The notes below the pieces were generated by a model, which made no database searches, was not told the origin of the DNA, and worked only from the letters and a program-made list of their open reading frames with translations. A DNA stretch of 64,000 nucleotides. It comes from Dictyobacter arantiisoli. Its GTDB lineage: Bacteria > Chloroflexota > Ktedonobacteria > Ktedonobacterales > Ktedonobacteraceae. The stretch is from contig NZ_BIXY01000010.1 of the NCBI RefSeq assembly GCF_008326305.1, forward strand, positions 51,137-115,136, in the 5' to 3' direction. The stretch's first letter is position 1; each line of letters opens with the position of its first letter. Both the position numbers and the translations under genes were made by a program. Below are positions 46,892-56,922 of the stretch, one piece after another.

Positions 46892-47671
46892 ATGAGTCAA
46901 GAATATAAAACCGCTGCGAGAAGAACCCATCGTCGCGTACCCCATAACCGTCCAGTCCTTGTCACAGGCACCGAAACCCAGGAAGAAGTGGCCCTGCTTG
47001 AGCCACAAACAGAAGATCTGACTCGCGATACTGGAACGCTGGCAGAGCCAGAAATTGGTATTACCCCTGTGAAAAGCAGCAGACGGTCGCTAAGCCTTCC
47101 CAAATTCTTCTCTAAAGTTGAGAAGTCTGAAGTGGAAGAATCGACCGATGAGGATAAAGTCGTCGAAGCGCGCATGGCTCGTGCAAAAAAGAGCTTGAAT
47201 GGCAAAAACGCTACCACCAAAGAAAACGATCCTGTAGCGAGCAGCAAACCAGCTGCCAGAGCACAGACACCGGCCAAGCCACGGCTGTTCAAAACACGAC
47301 ACATTATCGGTATGGTTGTCTACCTGTTTGGTGCTAATCTAGTCCTGCCCTACGAGCGCACCCTCACAATTGGTATGAATATCGAGAAGAACTTATTCAC
47401 GATCCCTGGCATCAACCTGCCAGTCTCGACCTCTTTCCTCTTGAATATCATCACCTTGATCGTCCTGTTGTATGTGCTGGTCGCCCTGGATTTCCTGCCC
47501 AACGGCAAACAGATCGGTAACGCACAAGTCAACAGCAGAAATAACAACAAGTCCGTTAACGCCAATACCTCTGTACCGAAAGCCCCACAGGCTACCATAC
47601 GCCAGGGAGTAAAGGGCGAGCACGACAATCTTTATCAATCCTACCGCACCAATCAACGCAAAAAACGCTAA
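46892..47671 (+). CDS. Hypothetical membrane protein (basic disordered N-terminus, 2 TM helices)
   Basis: 259-aa ORF, no known motif. Confidence 0.45.
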   Translation: MSQEYKTAARRTHRRVPHNRPVLVTGTETQEEVALLEPQTEDLTRDTGTLAEPEIGITPVKSSRRSLSLPKFFSKVEKSEVEESTDEDKVVEARMARAKKSLNGKNATTKENDPVASSKPAARAQTPAKPRLFKTRHIIGMVVYLFGANLVLPYERTLTIGMNIEKNLFTIPGINLPVSTSFLLNIITLIVLLYVLVALDFLPNGKQIGNAQVNSRNNNKSVNANTSVPKAPQATIRQGVKGEHDNLYQSYRTNQRKKR

Positions 47672-47707
47672 ACAGCAAAGCATTGCCCGCCCAGGAGGGC
47701 ATATATG

Positions 47708-47754
47708 AAAGTTGAGGAGGAAGATCGGCGTGTCCGGTCTTCCTCCTCAACTTT
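47708..47754. terminator. Bidirectional hairpin terminator between convergent genes
   Basis: aaagttgaggaggaagatcgg cgtgt ccggtcttcctcctcaacttt. Confidence 0.6.
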
Positions 47755-47788
47755 ATACAGCGTTTATCTCCTAACAGGATGGCTCGAT

Positions 47789-50380
47789 TTACTTACCAAG
47801 CCAGGTAATCTCGACAGAGGATGCATCGTAGCCTTTGACTTGAATAATCTGAGGATCATTCGGTAAGACATCGAGCATATTGTCGCTCCAGGTGAGATTG
47901 CCCGGCGCGTTCAGCCAGACACCTTTGGCAGGACGCTTGGCGGTCACGCTGATACTGTTCTCATCAATCTGTTCGATCTCGATTTCAGGATCAGGGAGGG
48001 ACAGATATTTGAATGGTTCGGGCCAGAGGGTTGCGCGAGCAACGATGGCTTTGTCTTTGAGGAGACGAGCCTGCATCACCCAGTTTTCGCCCTGAGGACG
48101 GGATAAGGTTGCCAGTTCGCTCGCCTGATTGGGCGGTAACACGATAGTCTGGCTCTGCTCATCCAACAATTCACCGGCGAGATTCCAGGTACGTAGCTCA
48201 AGTTCGAACTGGACTTCGCGCTGCTCTCCATTGACGGCCCAGGCATGCACCGGTTCAGACTCGTGTTGTGCCAATCCAACTGCATAGCGAGCCAGTTCAC
48301 GTTTGATTGTGTAATAAGCTGGCTTGGGCCGCAAATAATAGTCCACAACGGCCCAACTGGTAACTGGCCAGCAGTCATTGAGCTGCCAGACAAGTGCTCC
48401 GGCTGTATATTCACGTCCAGGTCCCTGCCAGCGTCTGCGCCAACCACGGATCGCCGATCCCAGCGCCTCGGATTGAATAAACTGAGTATTATAGATGTAG
48501 CCTGGTAGATCGGCGGCCACACGAACATTATCGACGATATACGGGGCCAGACGGCGTGGACCACCGGCATCCTTGTTATGGAAGTCAAGCGTACGGCTCT
48601 GTGGATACCATTCAGACTCGGGCGCAAACTCCTTGATGGTTTCCATGACCGGGAAGGCTTCCATACCAAACTCGCTGACAAAACGGCCCGCCAGCTTATA
48701 ATAATCCTGATAGGCCACGCCACCATGCCAGACAGTCCAGACGTGAGTATCGCCCACGGTAGTATCATCCACTTTTGACCCCTGAGGATGGTTGGGACCA
48801 TGACCAAAGGGACTGCCAGGCCAGTAGGGACGAGTAGGATCAAGCTGCGCACATACCTGCGGCAGAATCTGCTCATAAATGACGCGCGCTGGAAACGCTG
48901 TCTCCTCAAAATTCTCTGTCACAGTAGGATCATATTTCGGCCCGGCGATAGCATAGTCCTCGTTATTGCCACACCAGAGTACAATGCTGGGATGATGACG
49001 CAACAACCGAACGTTCGCCTCCGCTTCAGTGCGTACACTCTGCTTGAACCAGTCGACAGCGGGATATATCCCACAGCCAAACAGAAAGTCTTGCCAGATT
49101 AAAATGCCCATTTCATCGCAGAGCTCATAGAAAGTAGCATCCTCAAAGATACCTCCTCCCCAGACACGCAACATGGTCATATTGCCATCCACCGCCAGTT
49201 GCAACCATTGACGATAGCGGGCGCGATCAATGCTCGTCGTGAACGAATCGGCAGGAATCCAGTTCGCACCACCACAGAAGATGGGGGTATTATTGATCTC
49301 AAAATAGAAACTACTGCCTGGCTCATCCTGCAAGGCATGCTGGATCAATCCCAGACGGCGCAAGCCCAGAACCAGAGAATGCTGATCCAGTACGCCCTGC
49401 GCGTCTCTCACGATCGTCTCAAGGCGATAAAGGGGCTGCTCGCCGTAGCCATGCGGCCACCATAATTCAACCTGCTCAAGTGTGAGCTGCACGTCGGTTC
49501 TCTCACTCTGGACGGGAACCGTTTGCTCAGCCACTAGCACACCGGCTGGATTATAGAGTGCGACAGAAAGTTCCGCCGCTGTGCTACGCTCACCGTTCTC
49601 AATCTGTACGTGGATCGGCAACAGCGCGCTGGATAAGTCCTCAGCTACCTCGTAGGGACAATGCACATCAGCGATACGTACCTCATATGCCTCTAAGTGG
49701 ATAGCTCGCCAGGGACCCGCTGTCATAAAGATCGGCCCCCAATCCCAACCATAGTGATATTGTGCCTTGCGCACATAGAGGCGGCTGGAATCGCCATTCC
49801 AGAGAGGAAGCTTGCCGCCATTCTGCTCCTCAAGCTCCTTACCACGTAGTAAGGCCGACTCAAATAAGATATGTAATTCGTTGTTCCCCTCCTGGAGCAA
49901 AGCTTTTACATCCAGGCGATAGGGAACAAACATATTATCGCTCTGCAAGATCTGGGTATCATTCAACCAGACAGTAGCATAGGTATCCAGGCCATCAAAG
50001 CATAACTGAAGTGCGCCATGCGCAAGATCCTCAGCCGTCAATGAGAAAGTAGTGCGATAGAGCCAATCACATTCGCCAATCCATTGCAGCTGTGTTTCAT
50101 TCAATCCCTCAAAAGGGGCCGGAATCTTACCAGCCGCCAATAAATCTAGCTGCACAACGCCAGGAACGCTTGCCGCAATCCATGTGTCTGCAGAGACAAA
50201 ATCATCGTTTAAAGCAATTTCAGCGTTCCGTTGCTTTAATTGCCAGCCAGCCGAAAGGTCTCGATAATTCACAGAATACACATTCCTTTCAAAGAAAGCA
50301 GTAAAAAGCGCTTGCTTTTGTACAGCATACCAGCCTGAAAGTGCTTCGACAACCATAAATTCTTTCAACCTGCCTTTCAT
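47789..50380 (-). CDS. Glycoside hydrolase family 2 beta-mannosidase
   Basis: 863 aa with GH2 sugar-binding, immunoglobulin-like and TIM-barrel regions (WWPHGYGEQPLY, NEDYA..., catalytic-Glu context). Confidence 0.8.
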   Translation of the reverse strand: MKGRLKEFMVVEALSGWYAVQKQALFTAFFERNVYSVNYRDLSAGWQLKQRNAEIALNDDFVSADTWIAASVPGVVQLDLLAAGKIPAPFEGLNETQLQWIGECDWLYRTTFSLTAEDLAHGALQLCFDGLDTYATVWLNDTQILQSDNMFVPYRLDVKALLQEGNNELHILFESALLRGKELEEQNGGKLPLWNGDSSRLYVRKAQYHYGWDWGPIFMTAGPWRAIHLEAYEVRIADVHCPYEVAEDLSSALLPIHVQIENGERSTAAELSVALYNPAGVLVAEQTVPVQSERTDVQLTLEQVELWWPHGYGEQPLYRLETIVRDAQGVLDQHSLVLGLRRLGLIQHALQDEPGSSFYFEINNTPIFCGGANWIPADSFTTSIDRARYRQWLQLAVDGNMTMLRVWGGGIFEDATFYELCDEMGILIWQDFLFGCGIYPAVDWFKQSVRTEAEANVRLLRHHPSIVLWCGNNEDYAIAGPKYDPTVTENFEETAFPARVIYEQILPQVCAQLDPTRPYWPGSPFGHGPNHPQGSKVDDTTVGDTHVWTVWHGGVAYQDYYKLAGRFVSEFGMEAFPVMETIKEFAPESEWYPQSRTLDFHNKDAGGPRRLAPYIVDNVRVAADLPGYIYNTQFIQSEALGSAIRGWRRRWQGPGREYTAGALVWQLNDCWPVTSWAVVDYYLRPKPAYYTIKRELARYAVGLAQHESEPVHAWAVNGEQREVQFELELRTWNLAGELLDEQSQTIVLPPNQASELATLSRPQGENWVMQARLLKDKAIVARATLWPEPFKYLSLPDPEIEIEQIDENSISVTAKRPAKGVWLNAPGNLTWSDNMLDVLPNDPQIIQVKGYDASSVEITWLGK

Positions 50381-50563
50381 TTTACAATTTCTCCACAGGC
50401 AAAAACCAGCGATACGTAACAGGCATATTCCCAGATAGGAATAATACTATAGAGAATGGGCAGGAGTGACGGTAGTCATAAGAAGATAATACAAAGGGAA
50501 CATCATAATACATCTTCAGGAAGTGTGGAAGCTGAAAAATACCACAAGAAAAAAAATTACCTC

Positions 50564-50593
50564 TTGACAGATGGATCAATGGGTACGTATAAT
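50564..50593 (+). promoter_or_regulatory. Near-consensus sigma70 promoter TTGACA-18-TATAAT with an upstream A-tract, driving the aroF leader
   Basis: ttgaca at 50564-50569, tataat at 50588-50593, 18-nt spacer, preceded by aagaaaaaaaatt. Confidence 0.7.
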
Positions 50594-50657
50594 CATGATA
50601 AGGATCTGAGCCAACGAGATAACGTGTTCGATCCAAAAAAGAAAAGTGGACAAACTT

Positions 50658-50723
50658 ATGCTTAGCCTGCATATCAAATTCGTACAATCGAGTTTTTATT
50701 ATTGGTTTAGCCCTCCAGCATGA
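50658..50723 (+). CDS. Attenuator leader peptide MLSLHIKFVQSSFYYWFSPPA with 5 consecutive aromatic codons (ttt tat tat tgg ttt)
   Basis: 21 codons plus stop. Located 60 nt after the predicted transcription start and followed by alternative hairpins and a terminator. Confidence 0.7.
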   Translation: MLSLHIKFVQSSFYYWFSPPA

Positions 50724-50772
50724 TGGTGGGCCCTTTGGGCTGAGCAAAAACAAACCACCAGCATGCTGGGCG

Positions 50773-50800
50773 AGCAGAGGAATATATCCTCTGCTTTTTT
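50773..50800 (+). terminator. Attenuator terminator (intrinsic) about 60 nt upstream of the aroF start
   Basis: agcagagg aatatat cctctgct followed by tttttt. Confidence 0.75.
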
Positions 50801-50860
50801 GTTTCTCAAATTCCGCCCCGGCTTGAATTATTTAGTGTTTGGAACTGAAAGGATTGCACC

Positions 50861-51925
50861 ATGATTATTACCATTCAGAATGAAGCGAGCAGTGATGAAC
50901 GAGCGCAGTTAATGGCCCTTTTATGTCGTATCACCGGGAGCCAGCACCCGATAACGTCAACGCAGATGGGTGAACGTGAGGTTATCGCCCTGGACTCAGC
51001 ATCGCTTGATGCTCAGGCACACACCGCCCTCTCCGCTCAGCCCGCCGTCGCCACCCTCCACTCTCCCAAGACCAGTTATCAATTAGCAAGTCGCCTCTTC
51101 CAAACACACAACACCACCATCACCATCGGTGAAACCCATGCCTGTAATCCTGTTACCATAGGTGGAGAGCAATCCATGCCAGTCGTGATGGCCGGGCCAT
51201 GTGCGGTCGAGAGCCGTGAGCAACTCATTACAACCGCACAAGCGGTCAAACGAGCAGGAGCACGTGTTTTACGTGGTGGTGCATTCAAGCCGCGTACATC
51301 ACCCTATCAGTTCCAGGGGTTGGGCATCGAAGGTCTGCATATGCTCGCCGAAGCACGAGAAGTAACTGGCCTACCAGTGATTACCGAGGTAATGGAGCCT
51401 GGAATGGTTGAAACGGTAGCGCAATATGCCGATGTCCTGCAAATCGGCACACGTAATGCTCAGAATTTCCCACTTTTATTGGCGGCTGGACGCAATAGTA
51501 AAAAGCTGCCAGTACTCCTTAAACGAGGATTCTCCTCTACTCTGGATGAGTGGTTGCTAGCAGCGGAATACATCCTGGCGGCAGGCAATCCCAATGTCAT
51601 TCTCTGTGAACGTGGTATTCGTAGCTACGATCCACAGACACGCAACGTTCTTGATCTTACCTGCATCCCATTGCTTCATCAATTAACCCACTTGCCAATT
51701 GTCGTCGATCCCAGTCATTCCACAGGTCGCCGCGAACTAGTTCCCATCATGTCACGTGCCGCTATCGCCGCCGAAGCCCAGGGATTAATCATCGAAGCCC
51801 ATCCAGATCCAGATAAAGCGCTCTGCGATAGCAAGCAATCTATTACGCCAACACAACTGGAAAAAATCATTCAGGAAACACATATGATCGCCCGTATGCT
51901 GCGGGGCGAGGCCTATGTAGCATAG
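50861..51925 (+). CDS. aroF: 3-deoxy-7-phosphoheptulonate (DAHP) synthase, type I-beta, with an N-terminal ferredoxin-like regulatory domain
   Basis: [44 protein letters not shown] and the C-terminal KDO8P/DAHPS-family core. RBS GAAAGGA. Confidence 0.8.
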   Translation: MIITIQNEASSDERAQLMALLCRITGSQHPITSTQMGEREVIALDSASLDAQAHTALSAQPAVATLHSPKTSYQLASRLFQTHNTTITIGETHACNPVTIGGEQSMPVVMAGPCAVESREQLITTAQAVKRAGARVLRGGAFKPRTSPYQFQGLGIEGLHMLAEAREVTGLPVITEVMEPGMVETVAQYADVLQIGTRNAQNFPLLLAAGRNSKKLPVLLKRGFSSTLDEWLLAAEYILAAGNPNVILCERGIRSYDPQTRNVLDLTCIPLLHQLTHLPIVVDPSHSTGRRELVPIMSRAAIAAEAQGLIIEAHPDPDKALCDSKQSITPTQLEKIIQETHMIARMLRGEAYVA

Positions 51926-52066
51926 ATTAGGAGGGATAGAGCAGACCACCCGCGGTGTCATATTCACTATCGACGCTTGATCCAGAGTTATGATATACTC
52001 TTTGTACGTAGAAAGAGTATTTTAGAAGATGGGTGGGAATAGACCAAAGGCTTTGAGGAGACACTA

Positions 52067-52639
52067 ATGCCAACACGAATTATTATTGCCGATGACGAAG
52101 CCATTCAGCGCATGGATCTGAAGGATGTGCTTACAAAACAAGGCTATCTCGTTATTGGAGAAGCAGGGGATGGACAGAGTGCGGTCAATCTGGCTCGTGA
52201 ATTACGACCAGACCTGATCATCATGGACATCCGTATGCCTGATATGGACGGCATCGCTGCCGCCGAAACGCTTACCCAGGAAAAAATTGCACCAGTGTTG
52301 TTGCTCACGGCCTTCGGTGACCAACAGTTGGTCGAGCGTGCTAAAGAGGCAGGGGTTGTTAACTATATTGTGAAACCTCTGCGCGAGAGTGAAGTCGCCC
52401 CGGCGATTGAAGTCACGCTGGCCCGCTATAGCGAATATCGTGCGATTGAAGATGAGAACCGCACTCTGACCGAGAAATTGGAGACACGTAAGGTTGTCGA
52501 GCGCGCCAAGGGACTGTTGATGGAAAAAAACGGTCTTTCGGAGCAGGAGGCCTTCCGTAAGATCCAAAAAGCGAGCATGAATAATCGCAAATCGATGCGC
52601 GAAGTAGCTGAGGCTATTTTACTTACCAATGAGATGTAG
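52067..52639 (+). CDS. Response regulator with a receiver domain plus an ANTAR RNA-binding output domain (PdtaR/AmiR-like)
   Basis: Receiver region ADDEAIQRMDL...IIMDIRMPDMDG, and the ANTAR motif VVERAKGLLMEKNGLSEQEAFRKIQKASMNNRKSMREVAEAIL. Confidence 0.8.
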   Translation: MPTRIIIADDEAIQRMDLKDVLTKQGYLVIGEAGDGQSAVNLARELRPDLIIMDIRMPDMDGIAAAETLTQEKIAPVLLLTAFGDQQLVERAKEAGVVNYIVKPLRESEVAPAIEVTLARYSEYRAIEDENRTLTEKLETRKVVERAKGLLMEKNGLSEQEAFRKIQKASMNNRKSMREVAEAILLTNEM

Positions 52640-52704
52640 GCAGGATCAAGGGATGTGGCAATGACGCACCATCCTTTGATAGTCTAGCAAAGAATTGAAA
52701 AACG

Positions 52705-53688
52705 ATGTCACTGGCAATGCAAACCGAAAAAACAGTTGCTGTGGTTGGTATTCGCTTTCGTCCTACGGGCCGTATTTACTACTTTGATCCCGTAGAACAG
52801 GTCTTTTCGAATGGCCAGTACGTCATTGTAGAAACAGTTCGTGGTGTAGAGGCTGGTCGTGTAGTGATTGCCTCAAAGAAACTGGCAGAAGGCGACCTGA
52901 GCGATCCCTTGAAACCAATTCTACATCTGGCGACAGAAGACGAACTGCGGATGATGCTTTCCTTTAAGAGTAAAGAAAAAGAAGCATTGGTTCGCTGCCA
53001 CGAGCGTGTGATGTATCACAAGCTTCCCATGAAGCTTGTTGAGGCTGAATATACGTTCGATGGGAGCCGCCTGACCTTTTACTTTACTGCGGACGAACGT
53101 GTAGATTTTCGGATCCTGGTCCGTGACCTGGCCTCTACGTTCCGTACGCGTATTGAGTTGCGCCAGATTGGTGCACGCGATCAAGCCAAATTGCAAGGCG
53201 GTGTAGGTCCTTGCGGCAAAACCCTCTGTTGTAGTTCTTGGATCACTGACTTTGGAATCGTCTCGATCAAAATGGCAAAAGAACAGGGGCTCCCTCTGAA
53301 TCCCTCCAAAATCTCGGGTGTCTGCGGACGCTTGATGTGCTGTCTCTCGTATGAAAATGACAACTACATTCAGGCCAAACAGCAGATGCCACAAATCGGG
53401 ACCTTTCTAGATACCCCCAGTGGTCGTGGCAAGGTTGTCTCAATCAATGTGCCACAAAATTCCGTTGAAGTCATGCTTGAGAGTGGCGTCACAATTCACA
53501 CCCCGGTTGAAAGTCAACCCGTGAAAGCGGGCGGCTGTAGCGCCAAAGGTGGAAGTTGTGGCTGTAGCGCCAAAGGTGGCGGCTGTGGAAGCGGTGGCTG
53601 TGGCTCCAAAGGTGGCGGCTGTGGAAGCGGTGGCTGTAGTACCAAAGGTGGCGGCGGCTGCGGATCATGTAGTCTGAACAGGAAATAG
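52705..53688 (+). CDS. PSP1 C-terminal domain protein (RicT/YaaT-like) with a Cys/Gly-rich tandem-repeat tail
   Basis: PSP1 core with conserved Cys clusters CGKTLCCSSW and CGRLMCCLSY. The C-terminus is GGCSAKGGSCGCSAKGGGCGSGGCGSKGGGCGSGGC, encoded by DNA tandem repeats at about 53521-53670. Confidence 0.7.
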   Translation: MSLAMQTEKTVAVVGIRFRPTGRIYYFDPVEQVFSNGQYVIVETVRGVEAGRVVIASKKLAEGDLSDPLKPILHLATEDELRMMLSFKSKEKEALVRCHERVMYHKLPMKLVEAEYTFDGSRLTFYFTADERVDFRILVRDLASTFRTRIELRQIGARDQAKLQGGVGPCGKTLCCSSWITDFGIVSIKMAKEQGLPLNPSKISGVCGRLMCCLSYENDNYIQAKQQMPQIGTFLDTPSGRGKVVSINVPQNSVEVMLESGVTIHTPVESQPVKAGGCSAKGGSCGCSAKGGGCGSGGCGSKGGGCGSGGCSTKGGGGCGSCSLNRK

Positions 53689-53738
53689 TGAACAAACGAC
53701 TAACTGGTTGTAGAGATGAGAGGAAGGTGCGTGTACAC

Positions 53739-55331
53739 ATGTCGTCGGACAGGAAGGACCCCGGGGATGGCAGTCAAGATCCCCCCAACTCAGCGTCTCA
53801 TTGGCATCAACTTCCTGATGAACAGTCTCCCATAGTAGAGGGGGAGTTGGTCCAATATCAAGACGATCAAGCAGATTTTGAGGATGACTATGCCGGTGCT
53901 CTCCCACCACATGGAGGGGATACCAGTAACGCACGTGCGGGTGGCTTTTCTAGCACGACTGCTCGTACTGCATCCTCAGCCGTTGAAGCCTTGAAAAATG
54001 TCAGTCAGTATATTACATCAATAGCGATTCCTCTCGTGCTAGGTGGTCTCACCTGCTTGATTGTCTTACCTCAAATTGCCTCAGGCCACGCCGTTTTTCC
54101 CGCCATAGCTTTTTGGCCTATCTTGCTGGTGATTCTCGGGGGAACGCTCGCACAGGGCTTGATTGTCTATTATACAGGAGCCGACCATGCACAATGGATA
54201 CTGGGTACGCTAGGAGGCTTCTGCTTTTTCTTGTTGTTGATCTGTTTCACCCTGTTTAATCCCCTGGTGGGCGTGGTGACACTGCTAGCGCTGGTCGCAC
54301 TTGGCGTGGTATTGATGCGTCGCTATCTTCATCCTGTACCAGAAGGTATGGTAGATATTGTTTTTAGCTTTAAAAAGTATGCTCGTACCCTGTATCCAGG
54401 CTTTAATATCCTGCTCCCCTGGGAAGAGGTTAAGGCCCAGCTCAGCGTGGTTGAGGTCGAATGGATCAGTCCAATACAGATTGTGCAGATCTCTCGCGAC
54501 GAAGATGTAATGCTGCGTGGCGTTGTTACCTATCAGTTGCTGCCAGAGGATGCCTATCTGGCGATCACGCAGGTTCTGGATTGGCAAACAAGCCTGCGCG
54601 ATCTCTTTCAAACGATACTCCAATCTATCCCGACTGTCTTTCAGCCAGATGATTTCTTGATCTGGCCGGATGGTCGACATAGCAGTAGCTTTCAGCCTGG
54701 CGATGATGATTTCACAGCCGGGTTCGAACGCCGTAAACAGATCGAAAACTTCTTGTTTGAACAGCTCCGCGACCGGGCCGCACTCTGGGGAGTGCAAATT
54801 AGCTGGGTCAGTATCCGGGATATCGAGATTGCTCCCCATGGATCATTTAAAATTGAATCTGTAGAGAGTTCAACGACAATGGCAACAAGTACGCCCGCAA
54901 TGACGAGTGCATGGGCCAAACCTGAGCCCGTGGCAGCGCGATCAACACAATCAGTCGCCCATACAACGCTACCGGATGAACGCTCCACATATCAACCAGC
55001 CATGCAAGCGCAATCTATTACGCCGCCCGCTGAGGTCAATCCACATCTTTCGGAGGCAGTCCTGGCATCCGCTTATCAGGAAGTGCAGAACGGTAAAATT
55101 ACCGATCCTATGACCATTCGCAATATCGCAGCCAGATTTGAAGCCGTGGCGCAAAACCCCGAGCTGGCACAAACCGTCAGCTTTGATCCAGCCCGCGCCG
55201 CACTCAATCTGTATGAGCAAGCTCGACAGAATGAGCAAGAGTATCCACAGGGAATATATCGTGATGAAACGCAGCCGGAACTGGTGATACAACGACCCGG
55301 GGATGAAAGTCTACCAGCAGCTGGCAGTTAG
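53739..55331 (+). CDS. Membrane protein with an SPFH/band-7-like domain and a long acidic/disordered C-terminal region
   Basis: Three TM helices, then VPEGMVDIVFSFKKYARTLYPGFNILLPWEE...WGVQISWVSIRDIEI, which resembles the stomatin/prohibitin fold pattern. The start is set at ATG 53739 (the ORF track begins at an upstream GTG). Confidence 0.5.
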   Translation: MSSDRKDPGDGSQDPPNSASHWHQLPDEQSPIVEGELVQYQDDQADFEDDYAGALPPHGGDTSNARAGGFSSTTARTASSAVEALKNVSQYITSIAIPLVLGGLTCLIVLPQIASGHAVFPAIAFWPILLVILGGTLAQGLIVYYTGADHAQWILGTLGGFCFFLLLICFTLFNPLVGVVTLLALVALGVVLMRRYLHPVPEGMVDIVFSFKKYARTLYPGFNILLPWEEVKAQLSVVEVEWISPIQIVQISRDEDVMLRGVVTYQLLPEDAYLAITQVLDWQTSLRDLFQTILQSIPTVFQPDDFLIWPDGRHSSSFQPGDDDFTAGFERRKQIENFLFEQLRDRAALWGVQISWVSIRDIEIAPHGSFKIESVESSTTMATSTPAMTSAWAKPEPVAARSTQSVAHTTLPDERSTYQPAMQAQSITPPAEVNPHLSEAVLASAYQEVQNGKITDPMTIRNIAARFEAVAQNPELAQTVSFDPARAALNLYEQARQNEQEYPQGIYRDETQPELVIQRPGDESLPAAGS

Positions 55332-55355
55332 ATCATAGCAGGAATAGTCATTGAG

Positions 55356-55400
55356 TCAAAAAAGAAGGGCGGCTATACGAACGTAGCCGCCCTTCTTTTT
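55356..55400. terminator. Bidirectional intrinsic terminator between convergent genes
   Basis: aaaaaagaagggcggcta tacgaacg tagccgcccttctttttt. Confidence 0.75.
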
Positions 55401-55412
55401 TAGTAGAGAGAG

Positions 55413-56414
55413 CTATTTGACCGCGCTACCGCTAAATTCACGCAGTACATTATTAAACTGGGCCGCCTGCTCATCTTGTAATTGCAGGGTAGCTTTATCC
55501 AACAGACGCACTTCAATACGAGAATTGACGCGCTTAAACGCTGAACTGGCCTCGGCAGGAGTCAGGAAACCTTCCCGTCCCCAGAGCGCCACCACTGGTA
55601 CCTGGAGACGTGCCAGCGGCTCATGCACATCCAGGTGTAGATGCCCGCTCAAGAAAGCAGCTGCCGCATGGCGACTGTTGGGCTGATGGGCGGTCGTATA
55701 GATATATTCTACCAGTTCATCGGTAATCAAGCCGGGATTATGATAACCCTGACCATCATAGTAATTACGAATAGCCGGACGTGATGTCAAAGTGTTGTAG
55801 ATGAATTGACCAACAATGGGAGTCCGTAAGACAAACTTCCATACTGCATTCAAGGGACCGGGATACGCTTCCTGTAAAATCGTGGGAGGAGCAGCAACCA
55901 GCATCAGGCGCTCAAACAGTTGTGGACGACGATAGGCGGCGGCAATCACATAAGCACTGGTGAGACCATGGGCCACCACGAGCGCGGGCTTACCAACCAC
56001 CTCACGGATAAAATCATTGAGCAGATCTGTATAGGTTTCAGCATCATAATCAATCACGGGATGATCGGAGAGACCATGCCCCAGCAAATCCAATGCATAG
56101 ACACGGAACTGCTCGGATAACGTATTGATGTTTTTGCGCCACTCATATGAAGATGCTCCCGGACCAAAACCATGAATCAATACCAGCGGCTTCACCTCAC
56201 GATCGCCCTTCACCTCATAGAACATATCCCCGTATTTCCACGGATAGCGGCGCTCTTCTCCCGTTAGAACAGTGTCAAGCTCGCCTGCCATCGTTTCCGT
56301 GACTTTATTATACAGAGCCAGTGCACCCAATGCACTGCCAAGCACCAGGCTGGTGTTAAACAATTTCTTTGCAATTGTCATCTGAATAAACACTCCTACT
56401 TGCTGTTCTACCAA
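55413..56414 (-). CDS. Alpha/beta-hydrolase fold protein, probably secreted
   Basis: HGFGPG...HGLTS (GxSxG-type nucleophile elbow) with a C-terminal His. Signal-like N-terminal segment. TTG start. Confidence 0.7.
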   Translation of the reverse strand: MVEQQVGVFIQMTIAKKLFNTSLVLGSALGALALYNKVTETMAGELDTVLTGEERRYPWKYGDMFYEVKGDREVKPLVLIHGFGPGASSYEWRKNINTLSEQFRVYALDLLGHGLSDHPVIDYDAETYTDLLNDFIREVVGKPALVVAHGLTSAYVIAAAYRRPQLFERLMLVAAPPTILQEAYPGPLNAVWKFVLRTPIVGQFIYNTLTSRPAIRNYYDGQGYHNPGLITDELVEYIYTTAHQPNSRHAAAAFLSGHLHLDVHEPLARLQVPVVALWGREGFLTPAEASSAFKRVNSRIEVRLLDKATLQLQDEQAAQFNNVLREFSGSAVK

Positions 56415-56922
56415 TTTTTATTTTTGCAACGACCATTCCATCGTATACCAAAGGGCCGTCTCAACATTCTACTATAGAAATCTTACCTATAAAAATATTC
56501 ATATCTCAATTCGAATTGAACGTCTAGAGCAGAGCAGGCTCAGCAGTTACTATAGCATGTGAGAATGCGAAAACGCAAACGGTACTAGCCCAAATATCCT
56601 TCTAATGCCCTAAAAAACAGCTATTACAACCTGCCTGCAAGTGTCTTCAAACTATCATTTGATAGAGCTGCTCAATTTTCAAGCAGGGATGCAGGAGAAA
56701 GCAGTCCTACTGCCGGGGATCTGGGATGAGTACATCCTATCTCTCTTCACTCCCTCACCGAAGCTGACAAAAAGAGAATTGGAAAGCCCTGCTTCATCTG
56801 AGCAGACGTTGATTTATTCTGATATAACGACTACAATACGAATACACAAAAAGATTTTTGTGCATTCTCACTGACTAGTCCTTTTCTTGTAACATATCCT
56901 CCTCGAAAGGAGCCGTATTGCC

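Noticed and set aside
48076-48909. Long antisense or overlapping ORFs inside real genes (for example 48076-48909 within the mannosidase, 20897-21655 within the ALDH, 40857-41777 within the RSH, 19428-19985 within the esterase)
   Set aside because: They are entirely embedded in better-supported genes on the opposite strand or another frame. Their composition is Arg/Ser/Pro-rich, as expected of out-of-frame GC-rich sequence, and they have no start context.
50600-50860. T-box riboswitch as an alternative explanation for the aroF leader (a GGUGGgcCC stretch resembles the T-box sequence)
   Set aside because: I found no recognisable Stem-I specifier loop or AG/GNUG/F-box elements. A 21-codon ORF with five consecutive aromatic codons and an SD is far too unlikely by chance, so peptide-mediated attenuation is the better model.
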